Shown: positions 1 to 13,048 of the stretch, one piece after another
Layout of the letters: every line of letters begins with the position of its first letter
Position numbering within the stretch: position 1 is the first letter of the stretch
Source of the DNA: Octopus sinensis
Taxonomy: Eukaryota
NCBI RefSeq assembly: GCF_006345805.1
Contig: NC_042998.1
Location: forward strand, 124,186,001-124,250,000
Reading direction: 5' to 3'
Length of the DNA stretch: 64,000 nt
Position numbers and translations under genes: made by a program
The notes under the pieces: generated by a model
Database searches by the model: none
Seen by the model: the letters and a program-made list of their open reading frames with translations, nothing else
Told to the model about the DNA's origin: nothing

Positions 1-24
1 CAAAACTTCCAACGCATACATATA

Positions 25-35
25 TTTATATATAT

Positions 36-66
<31 letters not shown>

Positions 67-345
67 TATATATATGCATATATATATATACAAACATATA
101 TATATAGGAGATATATATGTAAATATATATATATATTATATATATATATATATATATATTATATCTATATATATAAGATAATAATATATATATATATATA
201 TTATATAGAATGTATATATATATATATAGATATATATATATAGATAGAGATAGATAGATATAGACTATAGATAGATTTACGTTATTATTATATAGATAGA
301 TAAATAGATAGAATAAAAAAATACATAGATATCGAATGTCTATCA
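25..345. repeat. (TA)n/(TAGA)n compound microsatellite
   Basis: Directly visible dinucleotide/tetranucleotide tract; it explains the YI-repeat pseudo-ORFs. Confidence 0.97.
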
Positions 346-448
346 TTAACTATGATACATAGTTGGCTGTTTTAACTAAAAACACTTTCAATTGCCGGTA
401 ACGGATGTATACACATATATATGCTGCTGTGAATATGTATGTGTGTGT

Positions 449-712
449 GGAGGCGCAATGGCCCAGTGGTTAGGGATGCGAACTCGCAGTCGTTGGATCG
501 CGGCTTCGATTCCAGACCGGGTGCTGTGAGTGTTCATTGAGTGAAAACACGTAAAGCTGCTCGAGGCTCCGGCAGGATGTGGCGGCGATCCCTGCTGTAC
601 TCTTTCGCCACGGCTTTCTCTCACCCTTTCTTCTCTTGGCCTGCTTGCCTAGTCAGCGGGTGGCGTCATTTGAAGGTTAAAACAATACGAAGCGCATTGT
701 GACCAGCGATGT
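449..712 (+). mobile_element. tRNA-derived SINE
   Basis: Starts GGAGGCGCAA with A-box-like TGGCCCAGTGG and B-box-like GCTTCGATTCC; ends at a TA tract. Confidence 0.75.
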
Positions 713-713
713 A

Positions 714-798
<85 letters not shown>

Positions 799-1130
799 CA
801 AGCAATTAATGCATCAAAGTCGTAATAACTCGAATAATAATACCAACCAGAATAAATTTTGGGAACATCTAATACTACAATCTTCAGTGCGCTTATTTCA
901 CCTGTATGACTAACCTTTCGCATAAGGTTTTCAGACTTTAGATAAAGTTACGTTGCAATTGATTTATTATAAATCAATTAAATGCACATAATTGCTATAT
1001 CAAACGACACAAGGAGACTTAACCCACAGAGGCACGTATCGGAATGGATTATTCGCTAAATACTTTAGCAATCAGATTTTGGTGATGTATAAGTCTCCGT
1101 TTTCACATATATCTATATATTATATATATA

Positions 1131-1173
<43 letters not shown>

Positions 1174-1199
1174 TATATATATATATATATATAATGTAT

Positions 1200-1440
1200 G
1201 TATGTATGTATGTATGTGTGTTAATGTTTGTGTATCTGTGTTTTGTCCCCGCAACATCGCTTGACAACCGATGCTGGTGTGTTTACGGTCCCCTAACTTA
1301 GCGGTTCGGCAAAAGAGACCAATAGAATAAGTACTAGGATTACAAAGAATAAGTCCTGGAGTCGATTTGCTCAACTAAAGGCAGAGCTCCACCATTGCCG
1401 CAGTCAAATGACTGAGACAAGTAAAAGAGTAAAAGAGTAT
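1200..1440 (+). mobile_element. 3' half of the major SINE family (full copy at 45767-46186)
   Basis: Near-identical to 45985-46186 (cttagcggttcggcaaaagagacc...gcagtcaaatgactga...gtaaaagagtaaaagag tail). Confidence 0.9.
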
Positions 1441-1452
1441 ATATGTATATAA

Positions 1453-1491
<39 letters not shown>

Positions 1492-1529
1492 TATAATATA
1501 TATATATATATATATATAATATATATATG

Positions 1530-2871
1530 TTAATAAAATAGAACATATGCATATATAAACATATATGTACGTACCTACCTCTACATGTACATATACACGC
1601 ATATAGTGTACAGGACACCAAAAAGACGTCGACACACAGAGAGATACGAAACACATAGACACAAACCAAGGAACAAGACAAGCAAAAAAAAGAGAGAGAT
1701 ACAGGACAATAAGCACACGAAAAACCCCTTCTTCAGTCGCGCTAAGATTTCATCTACTAAACGTTTCGAAGGATAAAAGCGAGACGTATACTTCGAAGAA
1801 AAATTCCTTCCCGCGAAAAGCAAATCAATTAAAATTCTGAGATCTTTTCGCAGAGGGGTAAAAAAAAAAAAAAGCAAGACGGTAACGACAGTACAAACAT
1901 ATAAACAGTAAAAAAATATATATATAAACAGTGGAAAAATAAATATATAACAGTGAGAGACAGGACAAGGAGAACAAGATAAGAAGGGCTGTTAACGCCA
2001 GACGAAAAAAGTATTGCAAACGCTGGATTATCGTGGACGACGAGAGAGAGCAAATGTAGTCGACCAGTAGCCTTACAAGGCGGGCGAGAAAAGACAGGAT
2101 AGCAGTTACGACGGAAGTATCGTCGCAGATGGACGACGGGAATGGGGAGGAGGAGCAGGAGGAAGAGAAGAAGAAGGGGAATGTGCGAGGAGACCATGAA
2201 GATGGTGAAAGGGAGAGAGAGAATGAAGAATGAGAGAGAGGGGAAGAGACAAGTTAAGTGAGGGAAAAAGACGAAGAAGGGAATGGGAGAGAAGAAAAGA
2301 AAGATGCAGAGTCGCGTGAGAGTTAATATCAAGGCTAACTTGATAAACAGAACAATCTTACTTAATAGGGTGCGTGCGTTTAGTCGTATAATATGTTAAT
2401 AAAATAGAACATATGCATTATATAAACATATATGTACGTAACCTACCTCTACATGTACATATACACGCATTATATGTGTACAGGACACCAAAAAGACGTC
2501 GAACACATAGAGAGACGAAACACATAGACACAAACCAAGGAACAAGACAAGCAAAAAAAAGAGAGAGATACAGGACAATAAGCACAACGAAAAAACCCTT
2601 CTTCAGTCGCTAAGATTTCATCTACTAAACGTTTCGAAGGATAAAAGCGAGACATATACTTCGAAGAAAAATTCCTTCCCGCGAAAAGCAAATCAATTAA
2701 AATTCTGAGATCTTTTCGCAGAGGGGTAAAAAAAAAAAAAGCAAGACGGTAACGACAGTACAAACATATAAACAGTAAAAAATATATAATAAACAGTGGA
2801 AAAATAATATATAACAGTGAGAGACAGGACAAGGAGAACAAGATAAGAAGGGCTGTTAACGCCAGACGAAA

Positions 2872-2875
<4 letters not shown>
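1530..2875 (-). repeat. R-U-R direct repeat (~480-bp R at 1530-2012 and 2395-2875), Penelope-like pseudo-LTR relic
   Basis: Two near-identical ~480-bp copies ~865 bp apart; CT-rich minus strand; contains GAAACGTT and CTGAAGAAGG motifs typical of PLE termini. Confidence 0.6.
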
Positions 2876-2936
<61 letters not shown>

Positions 2937-2948
2937 CTATATATATAT

Positions 2949-3037
<89 letters not shown>

Positions 3038-3087
3038 ATGCGCGCGCGTGTGTGTTGTGGTGTGCCTCTGTGTGTGTGTTGCATAGG

Positions 3088-3445
3088 CTAGTTAAAACAT
3101 GTTTAGAATATATTTGATCTTCTAAAGGTAAATTCACTGCAGTTACGGTGGAGAAAAAATTCTTTATGGCAGTAGATGTAGAAACCCCCACACGCAGCTT
3201 TACTAGCTCCTTAGTCTTAACTAAATATCAGTCAAAAGCATTGACTAAGTTGTGCCATTCGACCGCTTGTTTGGGATAAATCCGCAGTATCAACGCAGTG
3301 GTTAGGCATAAGCGAACTTAAGGTTAGTTAAAATGTTTGAGACATATTTCAACTTCTAAAAACAATAGGAATTATTTCTCTATAATGTAACTGTAATGAA
3401 TTTGCCTTCAGAAGTTGATATATATCATAAACATGTTTTAACTAG
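3088..3445. mobile_element. MITE-like foldback element with ~75-bp imperfect terminal inverted repeats
   Basis: CTAGTTAAAACATGTTT (3088) and AAACATGTTTTAACTAG (ends 3445) are exact reverse complements and extend imperfectly inward. Confidence 0.6.
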
Positions 3446-4778
3446 ACTAAAATTCTGTTAGCGCTAATACTGTTGACAGCAGCGAAGAAAGAAAGTAATA
3501 ACCTGGTCCAGTTAGAGGTTGTGAACGACAATGGCCATTGAGACGTCCACACTTAAATTTACTAATGTACAAATCACTGCTTGGCGTATAACTGTTATAA
3601 CAATAATTACGATGTCTGCGACTGCTTTAATGAGCAACACAATTTATGTAATACCTTCTTAAGGCACAAATAATACTCCCTTCCCAGATAATTCCCTGCT
3701 CTCACCCTATTGGATTTCTTCAATGCATTTATAACATACTTTTCTTAAGCTATCTTTATATATATATATCTCATTATCTTTGTGATCTCTTTATATCTTC
3801 GTTTTTGCATATGGAAACACCAATGCGTGTTTCGGCGCGTACAAACCTATGCTGATACTATGCACTTGCTGTAAGTTTACACATTCGCACGTGTGTACGC
3901 GAATAGTACGTATAGTTACTGTGCAGTAGTAAGCCAGCAACTTAAAACTATCGCAACTATGTTCTCCCTTAAAGAATACCCTTCAACTCCAATCTGACAC
4001 TTGCTTTCACCCCTCCTCTTCTTTTCTAACAACACCCAACTCCCACTCCTAAACTTTTTACCTCTTTCTTTCCTTTTTTTTCTTGTCCTTGACCATTTCG
4101 TCTCTTCTAATTTTTTTGTTCTGTATAAACATTCACGCATGGTGAACCGAATTACTTGTTTACTGTAGACAAAGTAAAGTGACCCCAGTTTAATATTCCC
4201 AAAGACCCTTCCTCTAAAGTTTAGCATCCATCAACACCAAATACCCCGTCTTCCTTTCCCCTTTCATTTTCTTTATTCTTAACAACTTAATACTGTTCGC
4301 CACTCTCAAATATTTGACCTCTTGCTTCACTTTTCTTACTAACTGACCATCTTATTTCATCAAACGCTTGTTTTCTATGTGGCTTTTTATGCGCTGTTCT
4401 TCCAGCTTCACCACTCGTTTCAAATTGTATCTTCGGCGAGTTGACTGCAGATTCTCTAATGGCAGTGTAACCCTCAAATAATTAATGTATCTTATGCCTG
4501 ATGAATTGTTATCTGAGTACCCCTTGTTGAGTAATTATTACATCAGGGGATCTGTTACCTAGGAAACATAAGTAGCTAGAATTTTACCCGCTCCACTCCA
4601 TCGATTTGGATTTTTCTTCGTATTCTTTAGCAACTCAAGTTTTTAACACTCAGCTATAATTTTGTTTTCCAGTTTATCGCATTTCAATACGGGAAAATTC
4701 TTACCACGCAATGCTCGAAGCTTACAAACAACCTATACTGTGTTCCTTGGATCTTGTAATTACATTTACATATATATA

Positions 4779-4845
<67 letters not shown>

Positions 4846-4908
4846 TATATATATATATATATTATGTATGTATGTATGTTTGTATATATATATATATATA
4901 TAATATAT

Positions 4909-4939
<31 letters not shown>

Positions 4940-4961
<22 letters not shown>

Positions 4962-5062
4962 CAAATTTATAGAAAACAGAAGACGAAGAAAGGTGAGGGA
5001 ACAACACGCAGGTGTATTAGTTTGACGCTCGGGAAGAGTGGGAAAGTCTCTTCGACAGAGGT
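4940..5062 (-). repeat. Internally deleted PLE terminal repeat, same family as 19430-19665 and 22920-23225
   Basis: Minus strand ctgtcgaagag-actttc...cccgagcgtcaaactaatac...ttcgtc matches the other copies but lacks the stem II loop/GAAAC part. Confidence 0.6.
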
Positions 5063-6070
5063 ACGTACGCGCGCATAAACGCGTTCGTATTTCCATATGC
5101 ATAAAAGAAGATATAGATATATATGTGTGTGTGTGTGTATTCAAAGAAGTGGAGGCGTGTTGTCTTGTGTGAAGGGGTGGGGATGATGCATTGTGCTCGT
5201 AGGCAACACGCTTCATTTCACGTCGCCCCTGTCCACTCAGGTAGCAAAAATGAGTAATGCGTATACGCCACAGAATACTACAAACCGGCTTCATGAGCTT
5301 ATGGCTCGGTAAGGGCTTTTTGTTCTTTTTATTTTATGTGTATGCACATATACATAAGTTTGTGTGTTTGTGTGTGTCTATCTGTCTGTCTACCGGTGTG
5401 TCAGTCTGACTCTGTGTGCACGTGTATGTGTGTATGTATGCGTGTGTGTGTGTGTACTTATACACATACATACACACGTACAAAATTACACATTGAATAT
5501 TATACGACATGGTGTATAGGAAAATATACTATTATGAGGCTGGAAATTATTTCATCATATTTCTCGCATATTATATGGTTAAGCGACAAGGTCAAAGGAA
5601 TAAATCGGTACATAAGGAGTATAACTATACAGGTAAGGCAGATGATTGCTGAATTATTGATATTCAGAGGAAATATTCACTTGAAACGTATCATACACAG
5701 GAGTATAGATGGAATCATTAGAAGAAATATTTGCTGTCTTCCGAATATCCTGGAGTTAGTCATACATCCATTGAAATAATGAGATTTCTCTTACAAAGAA
5801 ATGTGTTGAATAAATAAAAAAATATTTTCGAGGGCTGAAGCAATATTCTTGCACCAGATAACAGATTATAATTACGTCTTTAAATTTAATGATTTGACAT
5901 TTTTCGAACAGTAAATAGAAAGTGTTTGCAGATTGTGAATCTAAACATTTAAATGTCGCACGTTTTGCCTTCTAGGTATATTTCGCAGCTATTTGCTCGA
6001 GGCAATCAACAATTAGATACAGAAAAAGATATACGGCTACAGATATATATATATATATATAATATATATA

Positions 6071-6134
<64 letters not shown>

Positions 6135-6135
6135 T

Positions 6136-6189
<54 letters not shown>

Positions 6190-6342
6190 ATATGTACATA
6201 CACACGTACGCGCACACATATACACACACGCATACTCACATATACGTGTATCTAGCTATGTATGAATATAACATGAATGAGCACATATGTACATATGATT
6301 CTCCCACCCTGTTTTTACCCACTAACATGCACACATACATAC

Positions 6343-6376
<34 letters not shown>

Positions 6377-6378
6377 AT

Positions 6379-6418
<40 letters not shown>

Positions 6419-6479
6419 TAGTAAAATATAAAACAGAGACGCATTTGTCACGACTATCTAATGATTATATATGTTTGTA

Positions 6480-6960
6480 ATATGTATGTTTGTATGTATT
6501 ATGTATGTATGTCATTATTCAGTTTATTTCAAGACTTTTTGCCAATAAAGAAAGAGCCGGTTTCTAACCCAGATCCAAGAATCCTACATTGGAACCAGAG
6601 GGTATTTTTGTTTATATGTATGCATGCATGTATGTATGTGCAGATTTGTATGTTTTATGTATGTATTCTCACGCATATAGTTGCAAATCTTGACATGCTC
6701 ATATGTATTTAAATGATAAACTTCTGGAAACGTTTACAGATTTTTGCAGTTCCAGTGATGGATTGGATCTGTAGTCTTCGAATTAGCTTTCTCCTGTTTG
6801 GCTTTTGGCCTAACTTCTCAAGATTGGTATTTAGGCAGTATATTACATATCCCAAGGCCCCAATAATTACAGGTATAAACCAGAACTTGTAATATGGGTA
6901 GAGTAACTGCAGATTTCTCAATAGTTCAGCATAGGTGTTCTCCTTTTCATTGACCTACGT
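6480..6960 (-). mobile_element. 3' fragment of R4/Dong-type (RLE) non-LTR retrotransposon
   Basis: Minus translation KENTYAELLRNLQLLYPYYKFWFIPVIIGALG...KICKRFQKFII* is an RLE-type C-terminus; homologous to 38250-38560. Confidence 0.75.
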
Positions 6961-7071
6961 ATGTCAATGAAAAAGAGAACACCGATGCTGAGGCACGGTG
7001 AAGTTGATTTTAAATGTCAACCCCTCGAAAAATACCTTAGGAATGAGAACCCAGGTTCAAAATTTCCCGAA

Positions 7072-7116
7072 GACACCTGAAGAAACTGGAGGGTATATCA
7101 GCCGAAACGTTGTGTT
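7072..7116 (+). ncRNA. Minimal type I hammerhead ribozyme motif, stem II base degraded
   Basis: GACAC-CUGAAGA-A-ACUGG..UCAGCC-GAAAC-GUU-GUGUU; stem I GACAC/GUGUU pairs fully. Confidence 0.6.
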
Positions 7117-7227
7117 AACAACAAACAAGATGAGGACAAATATCCGTCGAATGTAAATAACGTAAATAATGTACATAATTCCTCATCTCTTAAATATAGA
7201 ACTCGATTTAGTACTATTCTTTATATA

Positions 7228-7330
7228 ATACAACCGTCGTTTCTACTAATCCTGCTAATGTCCTTATGGGTGGGATTCCGTTCGACATGTTGTGTTGCAT
7301 CAATTTTGCAGTCTGGGTTTCATCAGGTAC
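7228..7330 (-). ncRNA. Degenerate hammerhead with long stem II domain (copy A)
   Basis: GUAC-CUGAUGA-AACCC...GAAAC-GACG-GUU-GUAU; homologous to 7540-7640. Confidence 0.45.
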
Positions 7331-7539
7331 ATTCCTACATAAAGCTTTGTCTTGCTAATGATCCTGAGTTTCGGGTGTTAGTTTGTTATAAGCCCGTCTG
7401 GTTAGGGAATGAAACATCAGTACAATTTGAAGAAATATAGTAGTAATTGAAAATTATAGTGATGCTTCATTCCCTAACTAGACGGAAATGAAACATATAA
7501 CAACATGTACTTTAGCGAGACACAACTTTATGTATAAAT

Positions 7540-7640
7540 GCACCTGATGAGTTCCAGAGGGCAAAATTGATGCTGCACATGTTGAACGGAGTCCTGCCCA
7601 CATGGGACAGTAACAGGATGGGTCGAAGCGACCGTGGTAC
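7540..7640 (+). ncRNA. Degenerate hammerhead with long stem II domain (copy B)
   Basis: GCAC-CUGAUGA-GUUCC...GGGUC-GAAGC-GACC-GUG-GUAC; inverted diverged copy of 7228-7330. Confidence 0.4.
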
Positions 7641-7686
7641 AAAATAAAGATTAATACCAAATCCATTTTCTCGTTACTTAAAAAAA

Positions 7687-7687
<1 letters not shown>

Positions 7688-7745
<58 letters not shown>

Positions 7746-7832
7746 TCATTATTATTATTATTATTATTGTTGTTGCTGTTGTTTTTGTTATTATTGTTAT
7801 TATTATTATTATTATTGTTGTTATTATTGTTA

Positions 7833-7927
<95 letters not shown>

Positions 7928-7940
7928 GTTATTATCATTA

Positions 7941-7999
<59 letters not shown>

Positions 8000-8000
8000 G
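7688..8000. repeat. (TTA)n/(TCA)n trinucleotide microsatellite
   Basis: Directly visible; source of the poly-N/poly-L/poly-I pseudo-ORFs. Confidence 0.97.
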
Positions 8001-8515
8001 AGTGAGAGAGCAGCGCATGCCATCAAAGTGACACTGGGGTAAAATATGCGAAGCCCAATATACCCATCATGACTACCCGTCTGATAAAGGTACACCAGGC
8101 ACATGCATCACAACCATATGTGCGCGACATGGTGATCTCATATCAAGATAAACAGCACATGACCTTGCAGGTGGGGCCCAGTTAGAATTTTCTTCAGGTT
8201 GAGTAGCCCATCCCGCTCAAAAGGTCCCTGAATAAGGGTTGTTTAAGGATGTTGAAAGAACCACTCATGTTTCCAGAGGTGAATTATTCAAACCCAAAAG
8301 AATCCCTCTCAACACATGGCTATGATGCTTCCCCACTACTTCTGCTCGTGATCAGAGATGCACATATCGTCAGCCACTAAGGGACATGCTCAACTGGTTA
8401 AAGTCAAACAACTGACAAGCAAATCTGTGGTATTGAGCAGAATATTTGCTGTAGCCCATCTTTTATACCAAGACAAAACAATGTACATGATAACACTTCC
8501 AATCAGTTTATCATT
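8000..8515. repeat. Interspersed repeat of unassigned class abutting the TTA tract
   Basis: GC-richer block recalled as a common octopus interspersed repeat; no coding motif; class not determined. Confidence 0.4.
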
Positions 8516-8781
8516 ATTTCAACTTACACTGCGGAATTACTGGAGTATATCCAACAGAAATATACCCCGACTTCGGATGACACCAGGTAGCCCAATCTGT
8601 GGCAGTACTCTACTCAAAACTTCAAAACACAAATGAACATATGCCCATTAGTCCAAAAATGTCAAATATATAGATATATAGATATAGGTATAGATAGACG
8701 AGAGAGGGGGGAAGAGAGAGAGAGAGGTAATGCAGATGAACATTGTTATGTTTGACACACACACATATATATGTTTACATA

Positions 8782-9583
8782 TTCGAAGTGGTATCAGAAC
8801 GTTCCTGGGCTAGATTCGTAGTGCGCCAAAAGATGGAAGTACACGGTTGAGTGCGCAGTGAGAGTTAGCAGTGACCGTCGTGAGGCATGTGTGCTGAGTG
8901 ACATCGCTGACAAAGTTGTGAAATTTGTGTTTTTGTGATCACGTGTATGTTGTAGTTAGCAATTTTGTCATGGACAGGAACAAAGAGCTAACGTGGAACT
9001 TTGTGTTAAACTTGCGACCTCTGCTACAGAGTCATTGAGCATGCCTTAGTAAGCTTACAGCCACAAGGCAATGGGTCGTACGCAATGTATCGAGTGACAC
9101 AGGTGCTCCAAAAGTGGAAGAATTGCCCTGGAAGACGATGAGCGATCTGGTAGACCTGCCACGAACGTAGGTCAAACTATCAGTCGAGAGTTATACTGCA
9201 AACTTTTGAAGCGTTTGAGAGCGGACGAAAGCGCCTGTATCTGTGGAGCGCGAAGTAATCGATTCCTCATGATCACACTGCTCCCTGTCACCGAGTCCTC
9301 CTCACTCGTGAGTTTCTCACCAAAAACGACATGGTATCGCATCCATCCTATTCTCCAGATGTGCGGACTTCCCTCTCTTCCCGAAGATGGAAAGGCAGCT
9401 CAAAGGATACCGTTTTAACACAGTTGTTGAGATCCAGGGCGAATCACTGAAGGTCCTCGACTTGCTTACGGAAAACCACTTTCAGGTGACTGTTTCGAGG
9501 CAAATAATGTTTAAACTTATAGGTAAATAAGTTATTTTTTATTAAACACAACCGGCTCGGAAACGTTTTGTAACTACCTCGTA
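8782..9583 (+). mobile_element. Degenerate, internally deleted mariner transposon
   Basis: Translations EQRANVELCVKL, EDDERSGRP, HDHTAPCH, HPSYSPD, FPLFPKM..LKGYRF, GDCFE; imperfect TIRs ending ...CTACCTCG-TA. Confidence 0.85.
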
Positions 9584-12039
9584 GACATTCATATGTACAT
9601 GCATACATACACACAAACCCTTAACACTCCTTCAGACCATAGAAATTAAGTCACTGATCTCTGCACTTTCTGAATGTACAGTGCCGGTGGAGTGGCCATG
9701 TTTACTCTGTAACACAAGAAAACTGCTCAAATCAATCTTCAATTACGTAACCACAGGAGTAACAGCTTGTTAAAAGCTTGAGTTCACTTGTATGATTTTT
9801 TTCTCTTATCGGCCACACCTCAAAGCTGCAGCCATGCTGAAACGCCGCCGTTTAATATATATATATATAATTTCTTTCATGTGTTTCGATATTATGCCGA
9901 AATTTACCAATGTTGTACGTTCTGAATGTTTGTAGTGCTAAGTATTTAATCATAACGACACAACAGATTCTCAAGATCTGTTGTATCATTATGATACAAC
10001 ATTGCAAATGAATTTCCTATACTTCTAAAACTAGTAACTTGTAAAGTAGATCCCTAATAGCAATTATATGTTTTCATTCTACTAGATAGATAATAATATT
10101 TCATCTCGATCGAAGCAATGAATTAGCGTTGGTTAATATATAATTGTATTATTTCTCTGTTATCAAAGTGGAATTCAAATATTGAACATAGCGTCAGATG
10201 CAATTAACGCTTTTAACTTATTCATTCTGCATGTCATTTTCTACACGCAATAACGTCGGATATGTAACTTGATACCGCTTCATATATTGCAACCCTCATT
10301 AAGGATAAATTAATTATAACTTTCATACAATTAGTAAATTATTAGGGTTTTCAGATAAACGTGACATGACATTTCCTATTATGCAATCTCATTAACTATA
10401 CGAGAATTATTTCAAAGTTTTCCGCTGAAATTATTTAACGATATCAAAAGCACCTGGGATCAATTTAGTATTGTGATATGATTGTGTCAATCAGCAGTTT
10501 AAGTGTTTATATATTAAAGAAAAGTCGATACCCTCTAATTATCATTTCCTCGCATACGACATGGTGACAATCATGAGTATATAATTGGATCCAATATCAA
10601 CTGATAGAAGTAAAAATAAGTTTGGAGTGCGCTGTACATATTCATAAACTGTCAGGTTTGGATATCATTCAAGATATTGAACTTCATCAAGACGAAATCC
10701 ACGTCATATGTCTCTCTAATCCTATTACTCTTAGCCTGATTAAACATTTTGTACTGTCAAATATATATATGGTCACCCTGGACGACAACCCTTTACTAAT
10801 AGAGAATATTGTAGATAAAAGTTAGACGAATTACAATTTAATATCATATCTCATTCGCCAGAAGTGTGTTCGATGGTGAACGAAATGAAAATGTAATAAG
10901 GTTGGTTTTATTTAGCCCAACATCACTTTTCTTGAGCAGGCATGGGATTAATGTCTCCCAGTTACTATCTTATATATTTGTATATATCTTTATTATAATT
11001 AGAGTAACATTATTCAGCGTGGCTTTATTTACCTAGGAAAGAATGGAGTGGTTTAAGGCAATGAAATTTGACTGCTATTTCCAGGAGTTTGAGGTACATG
11101 TTTGAGTCTACCGCATGATAATATGTTTCAAATTCGGCATTTAGATACTAACTTGAAGTTTCAGAAAGCGAGTTGTGGTATTGGAATCTAAGGTGTAGTA
11201 GAATTTGTACATTCCAGCATGTCTCACAATACAATTGATCTACGGATAGAAAATTTCAGTTCTGTCTAATTGATAGAGCATCACCTACTACGCCTGCTGA
11301 GACCTACAGAGGAGAGAGAGGGCTACGGTGGATACGAGTGCATTTGAATGCACTAACTGTTCGAGTGACTTTCTAGTGTCGAATGCACTTTTCTTCGGCA
11401 ACAACCCTTAGCTTTTCTACTCGTCTTTTGAAATTCCTGCTAAATTCCAACCTCCATATAGCACACGATTGCAATCTTGCCTCAGCTTTCAGGTTTCATA
11501 AGCAGGATGTTTTCTCGTTTGCAAATGACGTTGAAATAATACGAAAATTTCTCGGACTGAAGGGCATCTTTCTATGCAGCATTTCGTTCGCGCCAATTGA
11601 AAACGTGATGTACGTTACCTGTTCACCAGGAATGTATTTTTGGAGTAGGATGAAATGCTTTTTAATTGATGCGGGCCAGAACATAATTGTTTGCTCGGTC
11701 CACTTGATATTTGGAAAGGAAAAGCATTTCGAAGCAGATCGTGCGGAAGTGAAAAACGTTGAGAAGCAGCTCATGTCCTGAGTTGGGGCTTCAAGTCTTC
11801 GTGCCATTAATGCAGTGCGCTGAAATCCCAGATTCTATATACTTCAGCTATGATGTTGGTTCATTATTTTACTATTCTCCCCAACTCTTTGACCCTCCCA
11901 AGAGTTGCTGATGCTCTTCTGATCTGCTTCTTGATCTTAGACTTAAGATATATCGGGTATGGTAATGGAGCCAATTTATTTGGACTTGTGGTTTGCTTTC
12001 AGTTCGCAATTGCTGATGGCAATATAAAGGGAATGACGT

Positions 12040-12245
12040 AAGGCGGCGAGCTGGCAGAATTTTTAGTACTCGAAGCAAACTGCTTAGCATCATTTCGTCT
12101 GTCTCTACGTTCAGAGTTCAAATTCCACCGAAGTCGACTTTGGCATACATCGTTTAAGTATCGATAAAATAAGTAGCAGGGGAGTACTGTAATCGACTTA
12201 CTCTTTCCCCGAAGCTTCTGACCTTGTGCCAAGATGTGAAAGAAA
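12040..12245 (+). mobile_element. tRNA-derived SINE (second family; Ceph/Nin-like core inferred)
   Basis: AAGGCGGCGAGCTGGCAGAA start, B-box GTTCAAATTCC, gtcgacttt...gataaaataagta core; copies at 53190-53400 and 59200-59385. Confidence 0.8.
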
Positions 12246-12470
12246 TATAAAGGAAATGATCGACTCATTGGTCCAAGCTGAAGCCTTGATAGAATATTAA
12301 CAAGCTACCCACAACACGTTGGCGTTTGCCTTCAGAATGTGTCGTAGTGGGGCATCATCAGTACATGGTACATCATATTCCATGTCTCTGATATTTTATG
12401 CATGTTGGATTATGTTCTCTGTCAACGTTCGGACTGTAGATAGAATGGAAGGCAGATGAGAGAGTGTGGC

Positions 12471-12505
<35 letters not shown>

Positions 12506-13002
12506 CACCGCGGCAGAGACAGAAAGAAGGAAGGGAAAAGCCTACAATTAAATGTGAGAGGACGAGAGTGGGAGAGGGAGAGAGGAGATAGCGATGCTAG
12601 AAAAGGAATATAAGAACGAGAGAGAAAGAAATAAGATAGAGTCTTCTAGGCGTTACCCATTATTCTTGTGTTTGGCCGAAATGCTTTATTGATTGTGCCT
12701 TCGTCTATCGTTTCAAATTACATGTTTACTTTTGTACGCCCAACTTGTATAGTCTTGTTTGCTCGAGTCCTAATCCGATACAAACCTTGCGGGTGCCGCC
12801 AATATACGAAGTTCTCAGTCATATCGTTAAAGGCACGAAACTGAGTATTAGTAACTTTAGTCGATAATTGATGAAGAATTAGGTTCATTCTGTGCCTGTC
12901 CTACGTGTTAGGTTTGTAGCATTTAATGCATTTTCATTTATATATATATAAATACACGCACACACATATATATAGGTAAATATATATAGATATATATATG
13001 TA

Positions 13003-13039
<37 letters not shown>

Positions 13040-13048
<9 letters not shown>

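Noticed and set aside
449-530. tRNA-like A/B boxes here and at 12040, 45767 and 60340
   Set aside because: SINE heads without complete cloverleaves; not tRNA genes
4490-4580. CUGAUGA...GAAAC...GUA hammerhead-like order
   Set aside because: No stem II and poor stem I; the core lies in a CCUGAUG/CAUCAGG hairpin
11380-11830. Minus-strand ORF possibly from a DDE transposase
   Set aside because: No diagnostic motif that I can identify with confidence
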